Of a stretch of 64,000 nt of DNA, positions 50,071-59,670 are shown one piece after another. A program made the translations under genes and the position numbers. The stretch is from a virus. The DNA lies in IMG/VR virus record IMGVR_UViG_3300037882_002640, positions 30,811 to 94,810 of that record; one strand, 5' to 3'. Positions within the stretch are counted from its first letter, which is position 1; each line of letters begins with the position of its first letter. The notes below the pieces were generated by a model. It worked only from the letters and a program-made list of their open reading frames with translations. It ran no database searches and was not told where the DNA came from.

Positions 50071-50337
50071 ATGAATAACTTAAGTAATGTCTATGGGTTT
50101 TACCACGCTAGGTATAATCTTAAAAAACAAAAAGAAGAAATAAAGGTTTACAAGGAAGCTTTAAATTCTCTTAATAAGGTTATACTTCTACATAAAGGAA
50201 GACGAGTAGTACATATACCAGACTATTTAACTCAAGCTAGGAAACACCTAAAGGATAGAGTAGTCTCTAAAACTAAATCCCTAAGAAAGATGCGTAGAGA
50301 TTTATACCAGCTTTATAAAGAACACAATGAAAAATAA
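50071..50337 (+). CDS. Basic hypothetical protein
   Basis: First rightward ORF; K/R/Y-rich. Confidence 0.6.
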   Translation: MNNLSNVYGFYHARYNLKKQKEEIKVYKEALNSLNKVILLHKGRRVVHIPDYLTQARKHLKDRVVSKTKSLRKMRRDLYQLYKEHNEK

Positions 50338-50584
50338 TTTAGGAAAATATTATTCGGAAGAGGTTAATAGGGCTGTAATGTTTGACTCGATTCCTCTTAC
50401 TGAAGAGCAAGAGAGTGATATAGATTATATTAAAGATTTAACAGCCAGGCTGTACCAGTTTATACTCTCAAGAACGAATGAGAGTAATACTAAATCCTCT
50501 ACCGTAGCACTTTTTAATCTAGAAAATACTGTGATGTACGCAGTTAAAGCAATAGTACAATCTAACTTACAATCAAATGACTAG
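50327..50584 (+). CDS. Putative Acb2/Tad1-like nucleotide-sponge family protein
   Basis: Two-helix pattern PLTEEQ...IK...LY...VALFNLENTVMYAVKAI, matched by eye. Confidence 0.45.
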   Translation: MKNNLGKYYSEEVNRAVMFDSIPLTEEQESDIDYIKDLTARLYQFILSRTNESNTKSSTVALFNLENTVMYAVKAIVQSNLQSND

Positions 50585-50927
50585 AGAAGAACACATCGAA
50601 ACACTAAGCAACATTATTGCTGCATACGCCACACCAGTAGAGAAGTACCTAGAGGTATTTAAATACATACATTCCCCAGCACAAGAGTCTGCCATAACTC
50701 TAGAACTATTACTGGATTGCAGGAAAGAGTATTTTGAGTTGAGCTTAACTCAGATAATTCATTTTGAGCATTTAGGGGATCCTACTTTAGGATCTGAGAA
50801 AGAGGTTATTAATAGGCGTATAAAAGTTGATAGTGAGAATATATACACTATTCTAAAGGCTATACTCCCCTCTTACCCTAATAAGTATGTGCACACAGGC
50901 TCGTTAAATCCTTACAGTGGAAAGTAA
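50577..50927 (+). CDS. Hypothetical protein
   Basis: Overlapping operon. Confidence 0.6.
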   Translation: MTREEHIETLSNIIAAYATPVEKYLEVFKYIHSPAQESAITLELLLDCRKEYFELSLTQIIHFEHLGDPTLGSEKEVINRRIKVDSENIYTILKAILPSYPNKYVHTGSLNPYSGK

Positions 50928-51186
50928 AGAAGAAATCAAGCTAGACCCTACCTCTTATCTACACCAAAGAATATGGGAATTATCAGAATCTCTCTCTAAA
51001 CTAGAGGGTAAGGTTAAGGAGTTAGAGTTTGAATTAAATTGTTTTAAAGCAAGGTTAGTTCCTTCTTACCCTTATTATAATCCCCAACCTTTTTATCCCT
51101 CTTATCCTGTGCATGTAGAATGCAGCCCATATGTATCTAATTTAACATACTCTCCAACTGCTACAGATGAAAATAATACGCCATAA
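50917..51186 (+). CDS. Hypothetical coiled-coil protein with a Pro/Tyr-rich tail
   Basis: Heptad pattern followed by PSYPYYNPQPFYPSYP. Confidence 0.55.
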   Translation: MESKEEIKLDPTSYLHQRIWELSESLSKLEGKVKELEFELNCFKARLVPSYPYYNPQPFYPSYPVHVECSPYVSNLTYSPTATDENNTP

Positions 51187-51643
51187 AGAGACGTTTGAAT
51201 ACTTCTCTCGCATTATAAAAAAGCATAAGAAACTTATATCTAGATATAAGTATAAAATTAAGGTACTAGAATTAACTATCAGGGGTACTACAGATATAGA
51301 TGCTTGGCATTATTACACTAGAGAGGCAAGCATTTACTTAGAGAAGATTTCCTCTTTACAGGAGCGTATAAGGTATTATAGGAAGAGGAATAAATACTGC
51401 TATCTCTACGGTTTTGATGTGTTTAAGAATGGGAATTCTATGAGTTTCCAAACTTCAGAAGGTTATATAAGGGTGCATAAAATAGAGGATATATCTACAA
51501 GGATAGAAATCGTTAAGTCTCTTATAACACAAGTTAAACGACATCCTATCCGCTACCTCATCTACACTATAATGCCCACTCTTAACAAGTCACTCAGACT
51601 TTATAGAAATATTAATAAGATATATTATGAATCAACAAAATAA
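51167..51643 (+). CDS. Basic hypothetical protein
   Basis: K/R/Y/I-rich 158-aa ORF. Confidence 0.6.
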   Translation: MKIIRHKETFEYFSRIIKKHKKLISRYKYKIKVLELTIRGTTDIDAWHYYTREASIYLEKISSLQERIRYYRKRNKYCYLYGFDVFKNGNSMSFQTSEGYIRVHKIEDISTRIEIVKSLITQVKRHPIRYLIYTIMPTLNKSLRLYRNINKIYYESTK

Positions 51644-52052
51644 AGTAATTGTTGCAGGCTCAAGAACCTTTACTAATTACGCAATATTAAGTGAAGTACT
51701 TGATAAATACTTACCAGTAAATGCCAGTATAATATCTGGAACTGCTAGAGGTGCTGATAAGTTAGGTGAGCGATACGCTGAAGAGAATAACATAACCCTT
51801 ACTAAGTTCCCAGCCGATTGGAATAAATATGGTAAATCAGCTGGGCCTCTACGTAATAGAGAGATGGCAGATATTGCACACACAGCCATCATATTTTGGG
51901 ATGGACATTCCAAAGGTACTCTAGATATGATTGAAGTTTCTAAGTCTAAAAACTTAGATTTGATTGTTATTCGGTATAGAGAATATGAAGGCTCAACCTA
52001 TTATATTGTAGAAACAAAAACTTCGATACAGCATCAAACATTAAAACAATAA
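51627..52052 (+). CDS. SLOG-family (DUF2493/YspA-like) protein
   Basis: VIVAGSRTF, IISGTARGAD, ADW.KYGKSAGP.RN.EM, FWDG.SKGT motifs. Confidence 0.85.
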   Translation: MNQQNKVIVAGSRTFTNYAILSEVLDKYLPVNASIISGTARGADKLGERYAEENNITLTKFPADWNKYGKSAGPLRNREMADIAHTAIIFWDGHSKGTLDMIEVSKSKNLDLIVIRYREYEGSTYYIVETKTSIQHQTLKQ

Positions 52053-52160
52053 ATTTATGGAAAAGATAGATAATGATGGACAAAGTTAGACAAGAAGAAA
52101 TTGAAAAAATAGAAACTATAATGGAGGCAATAATTCCAAAACCTGAAGATATCATTTTGT

Positions 52161-52406
52161 ATGAAGACTAGTATTATTATAAAGGAAGATGATATAGTAA
52201 CTATCATTGGTATTTCTAGCCCCCAGAAATACTCTGAAGCCAAGAGAACTATACTGTATCTAAAGCAAACACATAAAAGACCAATAGATTTTATCAATGC
52301 TCTTAACGCTCATTTTACTATTACTTCTATTGATGAATCGCCCAAAGTACCAAAAATAGATAATTCGATACGAATAACTTATGAAACTACTTACCCTAAT
52401 AATTAG
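52161..52406 (+). CDS. Hypothetical protein
   Basis: 81-aa ORF. Confidence 0.5.
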   Translation: MKTSIIIKEDDIVTIIGISSPQKYSEAKRTILYLKQTHKRPIDFINALNAHFTITSIDESPKVPKIDNSIRITYETTYPNN

Positions 52407-52710
52407 CTTATTCCCACTAGTATCGTATGCACAGTCATACGATACTACTAAAGTGGAGTATATACACTTTAATATGCGTGTGCGAGACTCTACTCTTATA
52501 GAGGGGGACTTTACTCTCTTTCACGATCATTCTCATTTTAGAATGACTTATAAGAATAACTTAATACATAACTTTCATGCTCGTCTTTACGCTAAGTCTG
52601 ATGACACTTTAGTCTACATGATTAACCCTAACTCTTTCCTATATCTCTCTAAAGACTATTTAAAGATTTCTACAGAAGAGGGAACTATCTACTATTTAAA
52701 AAATGATTAA
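52381..52710 (+). CDS. Exported hypothetical protein
   Basis: Signal peptide ending SYA-Q, typical of Bacteroidota. Confidence 0.6.
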   Translation: MKLLTLIISLFPLVSYAQSYDTTKVEYIHFNMRVRDSTLIEGDFTLFHDHSHFRMTYKNNLIHNFHARLYAKSDDTLVYMINPNSFLYLSKDYLKISTEEGTIYYLKND

Positions 52711-53035
52711 TATTAAAGAAATACTAATAGACAATACAAGAATATATGTTGATATAGAACACGATAAACTTCTATACCCGCATAGAGTAATTGGTATGAG
52801 GCACTCTAATGGTCTAATACTATTAGATTCAGATAAAATTGCAAAATACAAGGCTTTACTTAAGAGGTATAAGAGTTATCTACGTGGTTTTGTTTCTAAA
52901 AGAGGAAGATTTAAGGATAAGATATGTAGGGATTATTATACCTACCTAAGAAAAGTTAAAGAGATTAAGCGGTACTTTAGGTTGCTTAAAGCAGTACGTT
53001 CTATACTTGCTGCTAGAGGTGTAGTAATTATTTAA
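52703..53035 (+). CDS. Basic hypothetical protein
   Basis: K/R/Y-rich C-terminal half. Confidence 0.6.
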   Translation: MINIKEILIDNTRIYVDIEHDKLLYPHRVIGMRHSNGLILLDSDKIAKYKALLKRYKSYLRGFVSKRGRFKDKICRDYYTYLRKVKEIKRYFRLLKAVRSILAARGVVII

Positions 53036-53052
53036 AAATAAACAGCAAAAAA

Positions 53053-53084
53053 TTCGTAGTTTCACTAAACTATTATTACCTTTG
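53053..53084 (+). promoter_or_regulatory. Bacteroidota-type promoter (TTCG-N20-TACCTTTG)
   Basis: Exact -7 match; the spacer shares GTTTCACT with the 50033 promoter. Confidence 0.65.
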
Positions 53085-53702
53085 CATAAAACCAGCAGTT
53101 TCCCCTAAGAAGGAATAAAAAACAAAGCTTACCACCGGAGAGTTGACCGGTGCCACCACCCTAGTCTAGGGGTAGGATGGGTTAGACAAGGTTCTAACTC
53201 TTAGGGTAAAAGGGAATACCTATGAAAGGATAGGATAAAAGCTAGGACCAGGTTGACAACCTATCCGCTAAGATGGCCCCAAAGGGTAGTTATTAGTGTA
53301 GAAGTCGGTAAATAATTCTTGAAAATCATCCTTGGATAAGATGAATGGCGAATGAAGTAGATAAGTAAGGTAATGGCTCCCCAGGTATCTCCAGTAGAAT
53401 AATGATTCACCGATAGGTCCGATAAAGATATACATAGTAAATAATTTATGGTGCGTGACATTTGTCATAAAAAAAGTCAATTAAAGGGGAGAGCGCTTTC
53501 TCGCTCTCGTCACGAGGTAAGTTCCAACGAACAGCACTGCCATAATAAGATGAAAAGTCTAATACCCCCAAGAGGTATATAAATTGTATATTGTTTCCAC
53601 TATTACGAGAAATTGACAGTATTAAATACTGGTCCTAGAGAAATCGAAGTTTGCAATTTTTAGTAAGGGCCTTGCCATGCTTATTTTTAAGGTTTTTAAG
53701 AT

Positions 53703-54176
53703 ATGTTAGTAAAATTTGATACTAAACTTGAGGCACTAACAAAGTTTCTCTGCCTCATATCAATCTCCAGAAATGATACAGTATCCCCTATAGAGTGCCT
53801 CACACTCGCCTCGATTATACTCTTACCTCCAAAGTATAAGTATTCTCCCCTCTCTACCAGAGCTAGACAATATCTACAGTCTACCCTACAGATGTCTCCT
53901 CAACTACTTAACAATCACATATACAAACTTACTAAAGCTAAGTATCTATATCGTGATGAGGATTCCCTCTTACAGATTACACCCTACTTTCGTAGACTAC
54001 ACTCTCAACCTCTCACCTTAAATGTCACGTTTACTTCCAACACAGACTCTCCTCCAGATAACATCCAAGATCTCAGAGTCAACCTCGGTTCCACTCTCAA
54101 CCGTGGAAAAAATAGTATCCCAACATTACAAGTGGATTCAGAGTCACCTGAACTCTCCAACAGTGACCAAGATTAA
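53703..54176 (+). CDS. Putative winged-HTH DNA-binding protein
   Basis: LQMSPQLLNNHIYKLTKAKYL followed by a wing-like segment. Confidence 0.55.
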   Translation: MLVKFDTKLEALTKFLCLISISRNDTVSPIECLTLASIILLPPKYKYSPLSTRARQYLQSTLQMSPQLLNNHIYKLTKAKYLYRDEDSLLQITPYFRRLHSQPLTLNVTFTSNTDSPPDNIQDLRVNLGSTLNRGKNSIPTLQVDSESPELSNSDQD

Positions 54177-54390
54177 CTTACCCTACTTTGGTAGACTCAC
54201 ACTTAATCCCGCCTCACTTAAGAAGATAATATCCCAAAAACTTCTACTCTACAAGTCCACTAGATCTCCCATCCTAAGAGATGAGATTCTACATCTAATA
54301 CAACTATACAAACAATCCACTTCTTACAAGAAATCTAAAAAATTCAAACTAAGATTTGGTAACTGGCACAATGGAAAAATACAAGAATAA
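54022..54390 (+). CDS. IHF/HU-like DNA-binding protein
   Basis: ISESTSVPLSTVEKIV...INLPYFGRL pattern; usual position in the crAss-like capsid module. Confidence 0.6.
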   Translation: MSRLLPTQTLLQITSKISESTSVPLSTVEKIVSQHYKWIQSHLNSPTVTKINLPYFGRLTLNPASLKKIISQKLLLYKSTRSPILRDEILHLIQLYKQSTSYKKSKKFKLRFGNWHNGKIQE

Positions 54391-54554
54391 ACCTAATTTA
54401 GACCTCCAAGCAGAGGCTATGCGTCATGAACTTCACTTACGCACTATACAAGTACTTGGCTCACTGATTACTCCCAATGCTCCACCCAAACTACTTAATA
54501 CTGTAGAGAGTACACTTCTATCCCTAATCCAACCATTTAATCAGCCTATACCCA

Positions 54555-54905
54555 ATGCTACTGAACTCTAATGTTCTTGTTCTCTTAGACAAAAAAGAAA
54601 CACACGATGAATCAAATATCATCGTACCACTCTACGAGGCTTTCACCACTGATGGTGGTAGACCTTCTGCAGAGATATCTAACAAGCAGTATCTACTTAA
54701 AGGAGTAGTTGTAGACTTTTCTCTCTCTGCTTTAAATAAACTTGAAGAAGATGGTATTACCCTCTCTAAAGGAGATAAAGTATTTGTACACCCATCTGCT
54801 ATATCTCAGCACTTCTTCTACTACCCCAATCGTGATAACTTGGTTATAGACTTTGATGGCCATGTTCTTATTCCATATACACTAATACAAAATGTTAATC
54901 CCTAA
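54555..54905 (+). CDS. GroES-like co-chaperonin
   Basis: NVLV...SNIIVP...KGVVV...LSKGDKVFV pattern; close to groEL. Confidence 0.55.
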   Translation: MLLNSNVLVLLDKKETHDESNIIVPLYEAFTTDGGRPSAEISNKQYLLKGVVVDFSLSALNKLEEDGITLSKGDKVFVHPSAISQHFFYYPNRDNLVIDFDGHVLIPYTLIQNVNP

Positions 54906-54906
54906 T

Positions 54907-55167
54907 ATGTCTGCTCAAAAAATTGAAACTCTAGAAGCTACTATAGCATCACAAACATCGCTCCTTATGCAGCGTGAAATCCAAGTTGATAAGCTCGCTA
55001 ATCTTGTCGCATCAATTGCTGTAAAGATTGATGAAACTAACCTTCCTAATAAGTTTACATTCTCTTATGTAGTATCTAATTGGAGGAAACTATCAGGATT
55101 GATTGCTGATATAGTTAAACTTATCAAGAATTACAAAGCGCAATTAAGTGTTCGATCTGACATCTAA
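54907..55167 (+). CDS. Hypothetical coiled-coil protein
   Basis: Likely start MSAQKIE. Confidence 0.55.
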   Translation: MSAQKIETLEATIASQTSLLMQREIQVDKLANLVASIAVKIDETNLPNKFTFSYVVSNWRKLSGLIADIVKLIKNYKAQLSVRSDI

Positions 55168-55618
55168 TTTCTTTGATAACTCTCAATACAGAGTTATATT
55201 TAAGGATGATATTAACACTCCATCAGAGGTAATGTGGGCTTTGATGTTGATATATCACCCTAAATCCGAGTATTACGAGATGCCTCTCTCCTCTAGGATT
55301 AACCTAGTTTTGAAGGATCAAGGAATATCAGGTTATGACATCACCACACACCAGTCAACAATAGATAAGATTCAGTTAATCTACCTTACTAAGACTCAGA
55401 TGTCCCTCTTTAACTGGGAGAAGAAGTTAGAGGAGAGAGATGCTTTCATAGCATCACATCCTTATGATGCTAATACATATGAGATGTTAGATAAACTTAT
55501 GTCTTCCACCCCTAAACTGTGGGATCAATTCTTTTCCTTACAGAAACAATTAGAGAAGGAAGAAGGTAAGACAAGAGGAGATATAGAAGAATCTTTAACT
55601 GATAAAAATATAATATAA
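55148..55618 (+). CDS. Hypothetical protein of the packaging module
   Basis: 156-aa ORF upstream of groEL and the terminase gene. Confidence 0.65.
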   Translation: MFDLTSNFFDNSQYRVIFKDDINTPSEVMWALMLIYHPKSEYYEMPLSSRINLVLKDQGISGYDITTHQSTIDKIQLIYLTKTQMSLFNWEKKLEERDAFIASHPYDANTYEMLDKLMSSTPKLWDQFFSLQKQLEKEEGKTRGDIEESLTDKNII

Positions 55619-55818
55619 TGGAATATAACGTAAATTTTGATTTTAACATCTCACTAAAGAGTGAAGAGGCAGTAACAGAGGTTCGTACTAAGATAGCACA
55701 AATTTTAGCAGACTATAACTGCGATAACTATCGCTACTCACAGTACACACGTAAAGAGGAAAAGTATTGTGGTGGCTGTCCTGCACAAGGCATAGAGCTT
55801 ACCGAAAAGAGTATCTAG
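55618..55818 (+). CDS. Small hypothetical protein
   Basis: TAATG-coupled; one CGGC motif. Confidence 0.55.
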   Translation: MEYNVNFDFNISLKSEEAVTEVRTKIAQILADYNCDNYRYSQYTRKEEKYCGGCPAQGIELTEKSI

Positions 55819-55858
55819 AAATAATGGGGGATGAAAGTCCCCCTTAACACATTATTAA

Positions 55859-57427
55859 ATGAAAAAAGTAATATTTAATCCCACTACAAGGGAACAACTC
55901 TTAGAAGGAGTTAAAACACTATCCGATGCTGTAGGCACAACCCTCGGACCTAAAGGCAATAATGTGGTTATCCAGAACTCTTTTGGCACTACTCTCGTCA
56001 CTAAAGATGGTGTGACTGTGGCTAAGAATATCGTGCTTGAAGATCCACTACAGAATATGGGTTGCGACATTATCAAACAAGCAGCTTCTAAGACCGCAGA
56101 CATCGCAGGTGACGGAACTACCACTGCAACTGTTTTAGCATATCATCTAGCTAAGAATGGTATGTATTTAGCTAAGAATGGGATATCTCCAATCAATATT
56201 AAACGGCAGTATGAACTCCTCTTACAAGAGGCTTTACTGTACCTACAGAAGGAGTCCAAAGCTGTAACACCTACAGATGTAATCAACATTGCTACCATCT
56301 CTGCAAATAACGATCCTGAACTTGGAAAGTTAATTGCTGAAGCTGTCTCTTATGCAAGCTCTTCTGGTTTAGTATCTGTAGAAGAATCCAAGACAGGTGA
56401 GACATACATTGATACTGTAGAGGGCTCAATCTTCGATAGAGGATTTGTTTCCCCCCTCTTTATTAATAACAATAAGAATACTGTAGTATTAGAAAACCCC
56501 ATCTTCCTTATTACTGATAAGAAGATTCGCACAGCTAATGAGATTGTCCCAGCAATGGAAATTGCATCTAAAGAAGGACGACCTTTGGTAGTTATTGCAG
56601 ATGAGATTGAAGCTCAAGCTCTCCAGTTACTTCTTATTAATAAGGTAAATGGACGTCTAAATTCAGTTGCCATTAAAGCTCCTGCATTTGGTAATCGTAG
56701 GCAAGAGATTCTAGAAGATTTATGTTCCCTAACATCCTCTACCTTAATTACTGAAAACCGAGGACTTAAACTTGAAGGAGTTACTGCTGAACATTTAGGT
56801 GAGGCTGGAAAGATTGTAGTTACCTCTGATGAGACTACCATTACTAAACCAGTGCATGCTTCCGATGTAGTTGACCGTATAGAAGGAATTAAGAGCAAAC
56901 TTAATGATAATCCTTCCTCTTACGATTTCGATAAGTTAACCGCTAGACTATCCCTACTACAAGGACAGGCTGCTGTTATACATGTTGGTGCTTTCACTGA
57001 GACTGAGATGTCTGAGAAAAAAGACAGAATTGATGATGCTCTTCGCGCTACAAGAGCAGCTTTAGAGAAAGGTTATGTAACTGGTGGTGGTTATACTCTT
57101 GTAAAGATTGCTAAACTACTTGGCCCAACTGACCCAGTTTCAGAAGCATTTATTGAAGCTTTGATTGCTCCAGCTTTACTGATACGATCTAATGCAGGTC
57201 AGACAGTTAGAGATATAATTGAGGAATACACTTTTAAAGGTGAATTTAATTCTCACACTATGGAGTTTAGTAATCTGCTGGAAGATGGAGTTATTGACCC
57301 CACACTTGTAACTGAGCAAGTGCTTAAAAATGCAGTATCTGCAGCTTGTATGATTCTTCTTTCAACAACAGCTGTTTACCCAATTGAGAAACCATACTCA
57401 CCTGGGAACTTAGAAGATTACCAATAA
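55859..57427 (+). CDS. groEL: Chaperonin GroEL
   Basis: TLGPKG, TKDGVTVA, AGDGTTTATVLA, KAPAFG, EKKDRIDDAL, GVIDP motifs. Confidence 0.95.
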   Translation: MKKVIFNPTTREQLLEGVKTLSDAVGTTLGPKGNNVVIQNSFGTTLVTKDGVTVAKNIVLEDPLQNMGCDIIKQAASKTADIAGDGTTTATVLAYHLAKNGMYLAKNGISPINIKRQYELLLQEALLYLQKESKAVTPTDVINIATISANNDPELGKLIAEAVSYASSSGLVSVEESKTGETYIDTVEGSIFDRGFVSPLFINNNKNTVVLENPIFLITDKKIRTANEIVPAMEIASKEGRPLVVIADEIEAQALQLLLINKVNGRLNSVAIKAPAFGNRRQEILEDLCSLTSSTLITENRGLKLEGVTAEHLGEAGKIVVTSDETTITKPVHASDVVDRIEGIKSKLNDNPSSYDFDKLTARLSLLQGQAAVIHVGAFTETEMSEKKDRIDDALRATRAALEKGYVTGGGYTLVKIAKLLGPTDPVSEAFIEALIAPALLIRSNAGQTVRDIIEEYTFKGEFNSHTMEFSNLLEDGVIDPTLVTEQVLKNAVSAACMILLSTTAVYPIEKPYSPGNLEDYQ

Positions 57428-59670
57428 TGATAATTAATCCAAAAAATTTTATACAGGAAATACCCTTGATACATCCACTTTCAAGGGAGTATATAGATTT
57501 TTGGAGAGAAGAAAAGAGGAAGTGTATAGAAGGTACCTGGGTTGGGGGCTATTATATGCCACCAGCCCTTTACTTTTATACAAACTATGCTACCATCAAA
57601 CTAAATAAATCTAGATTTGACTCTAGAAAAGTTTACTCAAGGCCCTACTTGCGTGACCTGGAATGGGATTTATTCCAAGCCTGGACTGCTTGTCAGGGCT
57701 TTTCTGGTTTCATGGATGACCCTGAGTACACCTCTCTAATCTATATTGATGATCCCTCTGAAGATTTAGAGGCGTTAAGGGTCTCCCTTCCCTATGTGTT
57801 TAAGGAAGATGGGACACCAAAGAGATACATCCCTGCTTTAGACTATTTAAAACTAAGGCATGATAAGCACTACAAATACCCACTATATCAAAACCCTTCA
57901 TATAATTTACTTATTGCTGGATCTCGTGATAGTGGAAAAAGTTACGCTGTTGGATGTGGATTCGTACTACACCAGTGGTTATTTGATGGTGCTTTGAAGT
58001 ATGATAGGAACACATTAGAAGATCCAAAGCAAGTTGATATAACTGTAGGAGCTGAAGGAGCTGAGAAATCAAAACTTATCATGGATAAGATTAAGGTTTC
58101 TTTAGAGATGTTACCTGGAAGCCAGGAGATAAACGGTAAGCACTACAAATCCCCCTTTAGTAAGCAGTATACTGGCTCATGGGCATTGGGTAAAGAGATA
58201 AAAGCGGAGTACCAAAAGAAGGTGGGTGGAGACTGGAAACCTCATGGTTCTCGCTCTATGCTAAAGCACCGCTCCTTCCGCGATAATCCCTTCGCTGACC
58301 AAGGCTCCCGTCCCACTACTATTGTTTTAGAAGAAGCAGGTCTATTCTCCAATTTAAAGGAAGTGTACCATAATACTAAGGACAACTTAGCTGATGGTTT
58401 AAAGAAGATTGGCTCGCTAGTAATGATGGGAACTGGAGGCGATATGGATAAAGGCACTATTGATATGGCAGATATGTTCTATAATCCTGCTGCATACTCC
58501 ATATTACCCTTCGAGGATAAGTGGGAGAATAAAGGGAAAATAGGGTATTTCATCCATACTGCCATGGTTCTTAATGAGTATTTAGATGATGACGGTCATA
58601 CAAGATGGGATATCGCTTTAAAGCATATACAAAAACAAAGAGAAGAAGCTAAGAAAAAATCCTCCTACGAGCTTAATAAGATAATGCAATATCGTCCTAT
58701 TAAGCCTTCTGAGATGTTCTTAGCTAAGACTGCTAACATATTCCCATCCCCTGAATTAAGGAGGAGATTATCCGAGATTACAACTGATAAGTTCTACGAA
58801 TCAAGTAGGTTAGTAGTTGATTTAATGTTTGACCCTAATTCCTACAATGGGGTTAAGTATGAAGTAAACCACTCTTTAGAGCCTATTGATACTTACCCTA
58901 CAAAAGATAATGCGGACCGTGAAGGAGCTGTTGTACTATACGAAGTTCCTAACTATGTAGATGGAAGGGTTCCAGAAGGAGCTTATATTATAGGATGTGA
59001 CCCATTTAAGGATGATTCTAGCACTGGAGGTTCGTTAGCCTCTATTTATGTAGTTAAGACTAATAAGTACCCACATATGGGTTATTCACAGATAGTAGCT
59101 TCCTATGTTGGCAGACCATATACTGGTAAGGCTGCAGTCAATGAGATACTACTAAAACTCTCCTTACTCTATGGTAATGCAAAGATTTACTTTGAGAATA
59201 ATGTGGGTAACGTGAAAGATTATTTCGAGAAAATTAGACGATTAGATTTACTTGCTTTACAGCCTACCACAGTCTTTAATAAGAAAGCAGCCTATAACAC
59301 CACTACACCTAATATATATGGTTACGCAATATCTAACGATAAAGTTAAGTGGGAAGCTCTTCAGTATCTACGTATGTGGCTATTGGAAGATAGGGAAAGT
59401 ACTGAAGATAATGTTACTCGTAACTTAGATTTGATTCCAGACCCTGGACTGCTCCAAGAGTTAATGAACTTTACTCTTGAGGGTAACTTCGATAGGGTCA
59501 TGTCATGTGTAGGATTTGTGTTGGGATTAGAGGAGCTGTATAACACCTCTAAAAGACGACAAGACTACGAGTCTAGCATATCTGAGATGGACAAAGAATT
59601 TGAAAAAGTGTTTACAAACAACAAAAAAATATTTAATGTGGGATTTACCAAAACAGAGACTCTCTTTTAA
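57427..59670 (+). CDS. terL: Terminase large subunit
   Basis: Walker A GSRDSGKS, Walker B IVLEEAG, GTGGDM, RNase H-like IGCDP, NFDRVM. Confidence 0.9.
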   Translation: MIINPKNFIQEIPLIHPLSREYIDFWREEKRKCIEGTWVGGYYMPPALYFYTNYATIKLNKSRFDSRKVYSRPYLRDLEWDLFQAWTACQGFSGFMDDPEYTSLIYIDDPSEDLEALRVSLPYVFKEDGTPKRYIPALDYLKLRHDKHYKYPLYQNPSYNLLIAGSRDSGKSYAVGCGFVLHQWLFDGALKYDRNTLEDPKQVDITVGAEGAEKSKLIMDKIKVSLEMLPGSQEINGKHYKSPFSKQYTGSWALGKEIKAEYQKKVGGDWKPHGSRSMLKHRSFRDNPFADQGSRPTTIVLEEAGLFSNLKEVYHNTKDNLADGLKKIGSLVMMGTGGDMDKGTIDMADMFYNPAAYSILPFEDKWENKGKIGYFIHTAMVLNEYLDDDGHTRWDIALKHIQKQREEAKKKSSYELNKIMQYRPIKPSEMFLAKTANIFPSPELRRRLSEITTDKFYESSRLVVDLMFDPNSYNGVKYEVNHSLEPIDTYPTKDNADREGAVVLYEVPNYVDGRVPEGAYIIGCDPFKDDSSTGGSLASIYVVKTNKYPHMGYSQIVASYVGRPYTGKAAVNEILLKLSLLYGNAKIYFENNVGNVKDYFEKIRRLDLLALQPTTVFNKKAAYNTTTPNIYGYAISNDKVKWEALQYLRMWLLEDRESTEDNVTRNLDLIPDPGLLQELMNFTLEGNFDRVMSCVGFVLGLEELYNTSKRRQDYESSISEMDKEFEKVFTNNKKIFNVGFTKTETLF

